From assembly GCA_973895155.1 (NCBI GenBank), contig OZ316893.1, positions 9,611,839 to 9,675,838 of the forward strand: a stretch of DNA of 64,000 nucleotides. Reading direction: 5' to 3'. Position numbers and translations under genes: made by a program. The DNA is from Marsupella aquatica. Its lineage: Eukaryota; Plantae; Marchantiophyta. The notes below the pieces were generated by a model, which was given only the letters and a program-made list of their open reading frames with translations, searched no databases and was not told the origin of the DNA. Of the stretch, positions 11,851 to 28,399 are shown one piece after another (positions within the stretch are counted from its first letter, which is position 1; each line of letters starts with the position of its first letter).

Positions 11851-12029
11851 CACATAAATTTAAATTACTTTTGGTAGGGATCCCAGATACGTACATTCAC
11901 CAGTGTAGAGTATAATTTGCATGATACAGACACCATGCAAGTGACTATGACATAAATTTGTTTTGGTAGGGTCCCATATACCTACGTTCACTAGTGTAGA
12001 ATAATTTGCATGACACAGACCACCATGCA
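11851..12029. repeat. Imperfect ~100-bp tandem duplication
   Basis: cataaattt...ttggtaggg.tccca.atac.tac.ttcac.agtgtaga..ataatttgcatga.acagac..accatgca occurs twice. Confidence 0.75.
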
Positions 12030-15000
12030 GATTCTCTCTATTACAATATTTATCAGCTCATTCATTGCAGTCACAGTTCGGCTTCAACCGCGAATTAATG
12101 GAACTCGGCGCGATGGAGAATCCTTCATAGCCAGAACAGGATTGGCGACATCTCGATAGGATAGTAGTTGGATCATTTTTCGATAGAATCCTGACAACCT
12201 CAAAACATTTAACTAAAACAGTTAAATGTAGCACTGCGCATAGTTACATACGCGGCAGCTCGATCGGCAGCTACAGTGATGCGTAATCGCGGGGTCCGTG
12301 ATTTGCATTGATCGATTAACCGATCTCGTTTGCCATATATATTATTAACATGTGGTTTCTCTAATAAGGTGCCCAAGTCTCGGTCTTTTTCTACTTTATT
12401 CCTCATTTGGGATGCCGTAACATAGAGGTTTGGTTTCCTTCGGGTTATAGGAGCTAGACGTTGAGTCACCATGATCGTTGAATTCCATCTTCTTCGTGAG
12501 AGCTCAACTATGCACATGGCCAATTCAGATCATTGAAACACGATGAGGGAAAGACAACGTTAATGCATGTGAATGTAAAGTTGAGAGTGAAGGTCTTACT
12601 TGTGACTGACTGAAAATGTATAATTATGCTTCTTTGTAAGGCAGTTGGTTCATTTTCACTGCTGCTGCACTTGATTTCGTTCATTCCTGAGACTTTGCAC
12701 TATAAAACCGTTTGACGATGTACAGTAGTTCTAATCCGAGCAAAAACCGTGAGCCATGGACAGACTTTATCCAAATGTAAAACAAAGTAGCAACATACCA
12801 ACGTCAGGAAACAGCTGCAATAAATCCCGAATAACGGGATCAGCTAGTGAGCTGCACTGATTCCGAGAAAGAGAAACAGAACAAAGCTGCACGAATACAT
12901 ATGCAACAACGTGACTGTGGACATGTAGTGGTGCGCTGAAGGTCCCTGTTGCACACCCTTAAAGGTTTCCGCATGATTCATGCATTGTCCGGGTAATGTT
13001 CCGGAGTACGCGAGATTGCCTCTCATGCCTGCCAGATGTGGTGCGCCACCTCGTTCGCCCGCTCGTTCGTTCACTTTGACTGATGACTCTTGTGAGAGCT
13101 GGTCCTCTGGGATAAGATGGGAATGAGGGATTGACGGCTTTGAGTGTGGGAAAAGAGCTCGAAAAATTCCAGCTCTCACGCTTTTCTGTCCAATTCTTTT
13201 GACTGGATTTGGAGAAGAGCTCGCTAACCATTTACACATTCCTGGAATCACTGAAGTGTAAACCATTATATATAGCCAGCATTCAGGCTCTACAACATCT
13301 ACAGCGACTGGTTTGACATAAAGAAAAACATACTGTACACAGTAATCAAAGAGTCTGAGCACAACATCACACAGCGAATGATTTGGAGTGGTTTGAAAAA
13401 ATGAAAGACATTCTGCGCACAGTAATTAAAGGGTCTGAGCCCTCGTGTTGCACGTTAGTGTAGGACCGAGCTGACTATGTCGTACAGTAATGGGACAGTG
13501 TTACATGAGTGAGAAGCAGTTGGTCAGTTAGTCCGAAAGAAATCACCAGGGTGTCTCAAAGCTCAAAATTTGATGCACCTTAATTCAGTAGTTAGGGACA
13601 CAAAAAGTTACTAATTATCAAATTCAATCTTAGTCCATAACTTTTTCGCCATAAAGATTGGTGGTATCATTACCATTAGTCACTCTATAGGCTAGTGAAA
13701 AACAAATTAAAAAAGCTTTACATATATAGCTCTGTGAAAATGTTATGACCATTCTTTTATGTCCTAAAGCCAACATCCAAAAGTTCAAAGCTTTGAGACT
13801 CCCTACTGGACCTAAGTCTATGACATATGTGCCGTAGTCCTCATTAGGTTTGCAAAGAAAAACGTAATGGAAAATGTGACTTTCCAAAGAAGGTGTGACC
13901 TTTGAAACATGAACATTAAGCCTGGTTGGACCAAGGAAGATCTGATAGATTCCCAAAGCTAGGAGGGAGACAATCTATCATTCAATTTCCAGATAACACT
14001 CTGAAAATGACTGACATGTGACCTGTACATAGCTTCCTGACAGTTTGCAATTGGTCCCTGACCATTACACCATAGTCAGTTACTACTCACGGGCAAACCA
14101 TTACACCATAGTCAGTTACTACTCACGGACAAACTACTCAGGGACTCCTTCAAAAAAGTGGTGATTTGTTCCTCATGCCCAAACTCAGAGCATTCTAACA
14201 AAAATGAATTGGCTGTTGAAAATTAGTTTAAAACATTTGATCATTTTAGCACTCATTGGCAATGGAGCAAATGAGCATAGATCCAAAACTTTTTCAAATA
14301 AATTCACACACAAACCAGATGCACAAGTCTGCCAAAAACTCAGTGTCCTTCTCAGTAGTGAAGCTTCCATCCAAACGCAGTTGTCAGTGTGAATTTAAGG
14401 TGTAAAGTAAAGCAACATGTTGCACAGTGTGCCCCCAAGTACCCACCCCCAACGAGACAGGGGGGCGGGGTGGCGGGGGGGGGGGCGGCGCTACTGGGCT
14501 GACTTGTGCAGCTTAAAAGCAACTGCAGGATTTTTCTTGTTGTCATGTTGTGGGTTGCGCTTTGTTAGGCTGGTGCCTTGGAGTTCGCTCCTTCTCTGTC
14601 ATGGAGAGTAAAGTATGCCGTTGGGCATTTGTGGAGAAGTGCAAAAGTCCAAAATTAGATCAACTCGTTGTGAAGGTCTTTTTCTTTTTTTTTGCTAAAA
14701 TTAGTAAAACAACAAACGTCTGTCTGTAAGGCTTAAGTGTAAATAATTTTCCAGGATTCAATTTTCGAGGATTCAGGAATTTTAAAGTGTTATTCATCAT
14801 GGAATGAGGAGCGGTAAATTTTATTAGACTAATTTTCATTGTATTATATGTTTCCTCTGTCTCTAGTTGCCTTGCCCGTGAAAACCTAAAAATCGTTTTA
14901 AGACTCATCATCATCAAATCATAACTGCAAAATTTCCATGCACCATAAAAATGTAGTTGCCCACTCAATGTGGTGGGCAGGTGTTATTTAAAAAATAGAT

Positions 15001-15089
15001 GTGTTATTTAAAATTTAATTTATTTTTAAAAATGTGGCGAGCAGGTCTATGTGGGAATTCACTTTCCATGATTTCCCTGTTACTTACTA

Positions 15090-16030
15090 TGATTGAACAA
15101 TAATAGCCACTCAAAACTAATGGTTTGTGTGCTTCATGGCACAAAATGTTCTTCATGACTTAATATATGTTCTTAGTAATTTTTTGTTTGGAGTTTCCAG
15201 GCATTCATGGAGAAGAATGCAAAATAAAAAGTTGGAAAATCTCATTATAAAAAATTCCATCTACTGTTCCTGAAAGGAGCAATAATAAAAATTTTGTAGG
15301 CTTTAAATGATCTTAAGATCCTGTTAATAGAGCATTGTGGGCAATAGTAATCACTCAAAACTAGCTGAGAGAAACTAGATAATATTTATGGCACACATTT
15401 ATGTCTCTTAGAGGACTTTACTATATACGTTAATCTTAGCAAATTTCATTATATATATTGAGTACTGGTTAGAGAGCAATTCAAAATCTCCCAAAAAACT
15501 ACAGTGGAGTTTGAGCTCAAGTTTTGAAGGGTTATTATTGCCATAGTGCTCTGGTCACAGGATCTTGATACCATTAAGGGCCTAAGAGGTTTTCTTTTAC
15601 AAATTCTAGTAAAGCAGACTGAGGAGAATTTCCAATTGCAGAATGAGCCCTTCCAAATCTTGACTGTGCATTCTCCTAGAACAATACGGTGAAAGTCAGA
15701 AAGAGGAAAATCACAAAAAGCAGTCAATATTCACGAATGTGTTGGTTAGAGCGGATTGTAAGATATACCTTTCCAAGAAATGAGAGCTTGATCTCTAATT
15801 TTGAAGGGCTATTATTGCCCATAATGATCTTGTAAGAGAGCCTTAATACACTTGAGAGGCCAGAACCTTAATACACTTATAGCAATGATAGATTTTTATT
15901 TTCACTCATAATAGTGAAAGGTGAGTTAAACTTTAACAATGAGCTATCCCAATCTTTTTGTCCATCCTTCTCTGCATTCTTTTGCATTAGTAATGCCCTG
16001 AAAAGTACAAAGAGAAAACTCATTAAGCTT
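15090..16030. repeat. Degenerate foldback (inverted arrangement of a ~270-bp unit)
   Basis: 15300-15364 is the approximate reverse complement of 15519-15585. The core ttttga.gg.tattattgcc recurs at about 15521 and 15799 (+) and at about 15098 and 15341 (-). Confidence 0.55.
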
Positions 16031-17207
16031 TGTATAGTTCTGTAATTTATGGAATCAAATGCCCATTACGTCAGTGCGTTTGGTGTCAGACGGCACGCGA
16101 ATCACTGCGCTATCTTCGATCACTTGAAAAGCTGAATGTGATATTGACACCCAAGATCGAAAATGGCTTGTGATCCGGGTCAACGATCCAGCATGATGCT
16201 GCCTTTACGGCGGATAAGACAGCATCGCGCACGAATGCTGGGAAAGATAATAATGCAAGCGCAAGTTTGGACTCAAAGTGATCCCGTGGGCCAATCACCC
16301 CGATCAAAAAGCGATTCGTGAATTGACGATGTTCTGGCAGAGATGTAAATTGGTAGAAGATATGGAGAAGACGAGGTCTCGTAGAACATTGGAAGAGAGC
16401 TGTGAATTCACACTGGAATGCACGTTTCAGAGACACACCGAGACAATGAAAGGAATCGATGTTTCGGGCCTCTCGAATCCCCCTCTTGGACACGCAACAG
16501 CCAAGGAGCATATGACAACGACGAAGCACATCATGGAAGGCAAGAAAAAAAAGCGGAGGCAGAAACTTAATAGCTTAATTACACTAGAGGAAACGGCATT
16601 GGCCTTGAAATCGTTTTATATGGGGTGCTCAATAAAACACAAATTACATAGCTATATTTGCGAACAGATATCTGGTCAATGCTTGCCTCCCAGCCGATAC
16701 TCCTGTTAGATATCTATTTCACAAACGGGCTCCCAAAATAGCTAGAATCCGCAAACAACTCTGTACAGCGGTACAGTACGTCCTTCTTGCGCGTGACTGT
16801 CGAATATGAAGGAACTTAAGAGTGTTCCTGGTTATCAGGATACTGACAATTACAGAACGGATTGAAAATATATCAGTAATGTAGGCCATAGGCTATTCTC
16901 TGGCTTAAACCTTAAACTTCTTCGATCACTCAAACCACTTAATAGCACCTGTCCAAAACTCATTTTCCGTTGTCCTCTGCCGGCGCAGTTATGTCCGTGA
17001 TGCGAACCTTTAAGTGGGTTTAACATGAGCTTGATCTTCCTCATAGTGTTGACGACGCTCCTGCCGGGAAAGGATTACCGAAAAAGTTACAATTGGCATT
17101 CGAACCAATGCGCATGTACTCTGCACATGGAAAACTACTCTTCTGCTGTTCAAAAGAGGTCTGCGGTGCCACAAAGGCATGTATTGCATTACTTGGCCCC
17201 GCAGCTT

Positions 17208-19519
17208 CTATGAGTTGACCTCGATGAATTCCAAGCCATTACCATCGGGGTCTCGAGTGAATAGAGATGGCACGATACTTGGCTGATATGAGATTCCTGC
17301 ACACAGTGAACAAACAGGTTGGTCAATCCGTAGGACATCCAAATTGCCCGAAATCAACGCTGCTACCTCGATCAATTCGTCAGCATAAAGGAAGTTCAAA
17401 CATGTGTTATCTCCCAACGATTTGACGATGAATACTCTCGTTAGTGAAAGTATTTGTTGTCATCCGAATTTATTAATTCTTGACTAATTTTCTTCGGCAG
17501 TATAACCTCTTCTCCCATATTAAAGATTGCGACAAACCTGCTTTCTCGAGTGCCAGTCTGACACCCTCCACATTCTTGCAGTTGAGGCAAGCGTGACGAT
17601 CAAATCCACCATGCGCAGGGCGACCATTCACGGGATCGGGATTTGGAACCTCCATAATATGAATTCCCTCTGCTCCCAAGAACAACCAGGCTCCTCTGTA
17701 CGGAAGTTCGGGTCGATCCAGATTCGTTTTCAGCCCTGTAAATGCAATCACGAAACCAGCGGTCAGTCTTATGAATTATCAGTCCAGCGCCAATCGAAAG
17801 AACAGGTTCACCAATGATAAACTGACTTCCGAGTCCCCTTCACTAGTTGGCGGTTGGAAATGCCAATTGGTTCGTTGTCGAGGACAAATTGTCTGCAAAT
17901 TGTATGATATGTATATATATACCTGATATAACTATAATCTGAGCTATCATCACCTTCATTTTTAGCAGCACCGGCATGATGGATCGGGCTTATATGATTA
18001 CGGCATTGTTATCGCAGTGGGAGCATAATCGTTGCAAAAATTCAGTTTCAACAAGCTAGAACAGATATAGGGTGCATACCAAGAAGACCACAATAGAAGT
18101 CCAGGGATCGTTCCAAATTCTCGACACAGAAGGCGACGTGGTTCAGGCCGGTGAAAGAGACTGAAAACGTATCGCCAGTACAAAAAACCAATACGTATTC
18201 GGTCAGTGCACAGATTGATCAGATGTGGAAGTGGATATCTTTTAAAATATTAACCATGTCTAGCCAAGACCGAGTTATAGATCGAGAAAAAGAAATTAGT
18301 GGGACATGTAACTTAAAAACTCACTGTACGCCTTAGTGCTAGGTCGTTTTTACACAATTATCGATGGGCGGTCTCGGAATTGACACAAACTTCTTTCAAA
18401 CTCTTTTCATGGACAGTAGTATTATAAAAACTAACCCCCAGGACAACCTCCCAAGGAAAAGTTGCAACGCGCATGGTCAAACGTGGCAAATTCACACGCG
18501 AAACACTTTGTTTCTCGATAAACAGTAGTTACACATTCCTTGCTGTCACGATGGGGACACAAATCCTAAAGATATCGTTCAGAATTGGTACCCAGGTGAT
18601 ACGTACAGGAGTGGGACATAGTTGTCGCATTATCGACACTGCCGACCGCGTCTATATTTGTAGTTGGAGACCATGAGACCTCGACTTTTGCTTCGGATTC
18701 AGAAGTGCGAATTTGGACGTCTCCCTCGTCCAAGAGGATGTCACCAACCTCAGTGGCATCACAATCTTCAAGGACACCATTAGCCTCCCTTTTCAAATTG
18801 ACCACTGGTCCCTTCCCAATTTCAGAGATCTCTCCGTGATCCTCATTGTTGGAAGGTGGTTGAACATTGGCACTATCCTTAACCCCATCAACTCTTTGGC
18901 TTGCGATCACATCTCTATTTTCGGCAGTGCTGTCCGAGACCGAAGGGATGGCTTCAGGTTCTCCAGTGTAGTCAGAAGCAGCATTAGTATTTCCGTTTGT
19001 TGGAATTGCAGCCGTGACTTCGAGGTGATTTACGCAGTTCTCAACGTCGCTACTCTTGTTGTGCTGAGTAGGCTTCTCACTCACGACATTCGTTTCAGTC
19101 ACGCCCTCTGTGACTTTCTGAATCATGTCGGAGTCGGTGAACTCAGACCTCTCCTCAACGCCGCCACTACACTGCGCGGGGGTTGGTGACAGGACTATAT
19201 CTTGTGGTGACAGGACTATATCTTGTAGATCGTGCAAAAGTTTTTGTAACGCCTTCACAGACACCACCTCTTGCTCTCGCGGCACATCGGCGATACATTT
19301 CATCAGTGAAGAAGCAGCAGCTTTCAGCTCCACTCCTCCCTGATACAGCAGGACTGAGGCCAATGGCGCAGGATGACGATCGTCCTCTTCCGCAACGATC
19401 TCGACCGCAGCCATCACATACGCTTGCAGACTGTCAACCTCTCCGAATGCATTGTGCAGCTGGGCATTTTCAACACGACCACCGATTCCTACAGTTGAAG
19501 CCGCAACGCATGCTGCCAT
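17208..19519 (-). CDS. VOC-superfamily glyoxalase/lactoylglutathione lyase-like protein with long N-terminal extension (~426 aa)
   Basis: Phase-consistent GT-AG exons: 19519-18607 (donor least certain), 18160-18080 (SFTGLNHVAFCVENLERSLDFYCGLL), 17735-17538 (LPYRGAWLFLG..GIHIMEVPNPDP..GRPAHGGFDRHAC) and 17296-17208 (LFTRDPDGNGLEF). Matches the plant GLYI-like VOC family. Confidence 0.85.
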
Positions 19520-22500
19520 GGCTGATGGCTCTCAGCTCTTAGGCTCTTCCGGTCTGGGCGTACTAGTATCCCACTCGAAAGATGTGGCAGGTGGACAGAA
19601 GCCGCACCCGAAGCCGCAGCAAAATTGTAGTGTCGGCTACAAGAGCACTCCACTACGTCCAACAACAGCACTGCACAGCACACCCGACAGAAATAGAGAG
19701 CACTTCAGCCACAGCTTGTGCGCAGAGCACAGTGCGGGCGTGGAATGACGGCCCTCCATCAGCGCGTGCCAAACTGCAGCTCAGATCGACGTCAGGAATC
19801 GATCAAAGGATAGACGAGTCATGAGTGTATTGGCGCAATCTCCTAGAGAGAGACGAGGCCAGACTCATCGGCAAAACTGCGAGGTGTAGAGTAGAGTACA
19901 TTGCAGTACAGCACTCAGAACTAAAGGTAATATCTCATCAGATTACACAATTTATAGTTGGGTCAGAGCCGCAAGTCGACGAACTCTACTCTTCACGCAT
20001 CCATGTGGGGTCCAACAAATGGACTCTACTGTCCAATTCACCTTTCCGCCCACGCTTCGTACGTACTCTGTCCGAAGTACAACAAGATTGAAGCACTATT
20101 CCATAGAATTGAGGCGACAAGTTCAATATTTCAAATCAACAACTTCAATCAGACCATGTAAGGACAGACTAACTTCGAATTCCACGCTGAGTGGACTAGA
20201 AATCGTTTCCATGGCGACTTCTTCGCGCGGTAAATCCTGCAACCCTTAGAGCACCGCATATTTTTTCAATCATTTTAGAGTTGAGTCGAGAGAGGTGATG
20301 TCGATGCTCCAGGACCAACTGTGTCACTGGTTTTGAGGTTAACGTCGACATGGTTGAAGTGGTTCCATAAACTAGCCTGAATGCCCTTTGTATGGGATAA
20401 TGTGTGGTCTGGGGTGGTTGTTACTAGCTTGTCACCAGAAATTGCGGGAAAACCTTACCTCAGCAGCAGCCAAGAAGCAGCTTTTCTGAGGTTTCTTGAA
20501 GCATGAGCATGGTTCATTTTTGAACCCCTTTAGAGACCTCCATTATTTAGGGAGTCTCAAACCTCTTAGTTTGATCAAGGGAGTTTTCACGGACAAAAAA
20601 AGCTTGACATGAAAATGCTTGTCAACACACTCTTGACTACAGACCAAAACTGGTACTTTCACACATTTTTTTTTTGCTCACCAAATGGTTTGAGACACTT
20701 GATTATAGTAAGTAATTAGTGTCCATGGAAAGGTTACTTTCGGGCTTATGGGAATAAGTAAATTGGTTCCACAGTGGTTACTGCATTTCATATACAAATT
20801 AATCTGTGGAACCCCCTTGTTCATCCAAGGAATGTGTGTGTGATAAAATGAAATCAATTTTCAACAAGGTGGTTACTGATGGTTTTCAATCTCCCGGTGG
20901 TCTTGGTGTGTGCTCATACAAAAGAGAACGATAGAGGAGATTGATCTGATTGAGATGAATTTTTTGGTTTATCAAACGAAAGGTTGAATGTGGAGGATTT
21001 AAATTTCTTTTACGGTTTTCGCTTACACATTGGAGAAATCGTGTTTCTATCAATCTAGATTGATCGTTATAAGTTCCGTTGAGCATTACCACCACAAGAC
21101 AGAGTGGAGGACAGCACTCAGCTGTTGGCAAAAGGACGCTTGCAATTGAAATAAAATTTTGCTGCCTATGAAAAATCTTGGCCAATGATTCAAGGAAACC
21201 CTCAAGAGATGTTGTTACTTGATCAGCCAGAACTGGCTTAGGTCCTAGTGCTCATAGTAAGATCTATTGGCCCCTTGATCTGCATGAAAACATGGCTAGG
21301 ATTAATGTGTCAAGTCAGATGTGACAGAATTTAGAACCTGGGCCCAGGTTGGTGGCCACTTTGGGTCCCATGGCCTGAATGATGTGATTCTTGATTTGGT
21401 TGTTTTGAGATGGTTCGTGACTTGCTCCTGACTGGGTGATTTTTGTCCCTGGTTGGTGCTCTGTGTTTGGAGGGTGCCCCCCTCCTCATTTTGGGCCCCC
21501 CTTGCAGGGCTATTTTTGGTTTTGAAAAACAAACTGACAGAATTTCACTCTTCCATTTAGAGTCTTTTCCAGTACCGATGGAAATCAGGAGTGAGAATGT
21601 CATAGTTGGCGTAAAGCAAAAACTGACAGTAGAAGGTACGGGAACAGTATCTTTAAGCACTTTTCTATTTTTTAAGAGAAGAAGTCTGTGTTCCAAATAA
21701 ATTCAAAGAACTCCAACTTGGACACTGCTATATGCCAATCCACTTTGAAATGTTTTGTCTTACTGAGAATTTTTTTCATATATTTTAATTTTAATGTGCC
21801 TTAACAAGGTGCACCACTTCTATAATTTAGACTTTAGATTACTTTGGCACCCCTCTAAGTGTTTTTATCTTCCTATGCTAGAGCTTTCATTCCCCACTAC
21901 ATTTAGTTTTGAACATAGTGCATTCACCCCCTTTAACATTGACTATTGAATTTCTGCTTTCTTCAATAAGTACTACTCAATTTTTATATGCTAAGATTAA
22001 CGTTTTTATTGTCATTACCCAAGGCAAGGGAGTATCTTTTGTACCTTATTTGCACAATTTTTAATTGATTTGAGTATCATTAAAGCATGTGAGAATATGT
22101 ACCTTATGGACACTATTTTTCAATACTTGTGCCACTTGTAATTTTCCTGGTCATTATGCAACATGTACTTTTATGTAGCATGTGTTATATTTTTCCCACT
22201 CAATCCTATCACATATTATGCAATATTCATTTATAAATCACTACAAGAAATGATTAAACATGTTCCAAGATGAACATGGTATATAATGCAAATTAAATTA
22301 GAGGGGTGCAAGAGACAAGAACCCCCAAGAGGCCAGAGAAAATGACAACCGGACACCACAATTTCAGACAACCTATGTGCACTAACATGAAGAATACGCT
22401 AGTAATAAGCAGAGAGCTACCTCCAAATTGGGAATGCCAAATCTTTCAGGCTTCTTGTGCAAATTTTCCCTTGTTTGCTAGGCAATTTGAGGCACTAGTT

Positions 22501-22881
22501 AAATCTAGTTTATGTTCCAGGAGAAGTCCTTCTGACCAAGCACATTTTAACACACACAAAATGAGTATTTCTGGACAGATAGGTTACCTAAGTAGAAATA
22601 ACATTTTAAAACCGCTTCATGGTAGTTTCGACATTCAATCAAAGAATCTTCTGATAGATTGCAATGCCATCAATTTGCATTGATGTATTGTCCGACGACA
22701 TGCATTCTACTGTACTAATCATAGACCTAATTCCGGTCCCTGGTTCAAAACTTTAGGTGATTGGAAAAACATTTTACAATGCATCCTAGAGGAATTTTCC
22801 AAGTATTTGTTACAAAACACTGCTCAATCAGTGTCTATATTGTTTTGCAGTTAATCGAGAGCAAGTATTATGGCATTGAGT

Positions 22882-23323
22882 AAGTGAAGCCCAGATAGCC
22901 CACCATGTTGGACACCATGCTCCGGTGGACCACATTTTGGTGGTCCATGGGAGTTCTGGGCTTATAACTTGATAATTATGAGTATTAAAATAAATTTGAG
23001 TTTTTCATTTGCAAGGCAACTAGAGAAAGAGGAGAGTGACATAGAAAACCACAAGGCAACCTAATATTTCATATTAACACAATAAAAATTAATCTGATTG
23101 AATTTACCCTTCCCTATGATAAATAATTCAACAAAAATGCCAAAATTTCACTCTCACTCTGATGAACATGTAGCTTACCTACTCCTCTATCACACACTCA
23201 AAGCTTAACAAAAACATTCAAATATGAGCATCAAGTTATTTCTATTAAATTCAAATTTTGGGAAATGTGATCCATGGGGGTCTCAGAAGAAACTTTGTGG
23301 TCCTCGAAGCATCATTTTCAATT
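22882..23323. mobile_element. Unclassified non-autonomous element, copy 1 (442 bp) with 16-bp flanking direct repeat
   Basis: Collinear with 53485-53924 (shared gcaaggcaactagagaa, atatttcatattaacacaataaaaattaatct, ttttgggaaatgtg.tccatgggggtctca). TATTATGGCATTGAGT lies at 22866-22881 and 23324-23339. Confidence 0.75.
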
Positions 23324-24012
23324 TATTATGGCATTGAGTTATAATTTGAAAACAAGTTTTTTAAGAGTTTTCTTGGACTGCATTTAAAACTGATTGTGCA
23401 TTTAAAACTGATTGTGTGATAGGTCACTTGAGTTAGAGAGTTATAGATGTAAATCTTGTGACTAATTGTGCCGTGTTTCAAGTAATTTCCCTTAAAAATA
23501 TATAGGTGTAGATATATTTTTAAAAAATTCTGGGATGCATAAGAGAGACTACGGGTAAGTCCAGCTCTCTCTGCATTTCACTCCAGCTCTGTGCATTTCA
23601 CTTCACATTGTGTCGTGTCTTCGAGCATCGTCCCTGTGGTGGTCGAGTCGTGTTCGGCAAGTTAGTTAGTAAGCAGCTGACATCAAACCTCGGCCTAGAA
23701 GAAGTTCCACCCCGAGTGACTTCTTCTGAGAATGTGGCGGAGTTGCGTACGTCGTAGACCACTTTCTTTCACATTCTTCTGAATCCTTTCTCAGAAATCA
23801 GAAAAAGGGAAAATCCAATCCGTTGTCGACTCTGTCAAATAGGATTCAAAGCAAGGGAATGACATTGATGAACCTTTTGCGAACGAAATTGAGAGTCGAT
23901 ACTCGTCCGTGGGGATTCTTGACCTTCTTTTGAGCCAGTACTCTCTGAATTGTGACTTCTGGAGACCCTAGCTTCAGGCTGTAATTCTCAGTTGACGTCT
24001 GCTCAGGCATCC

Positions 24013-28399
<4,387 letters not shown>

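Noticed and set aside
12844-13362. 172-aa minus-strand ORF
   Set aside because: Non-ATG start and no recognisable domain; looks like promoter/UTR sequence.
17923-17995. IHHAG-containing candidate glyoxalase exon
   Set aside because: Wrong phase for the next exon; 18080-18160 supplies the true NHVAF...LERSLDFY motif.
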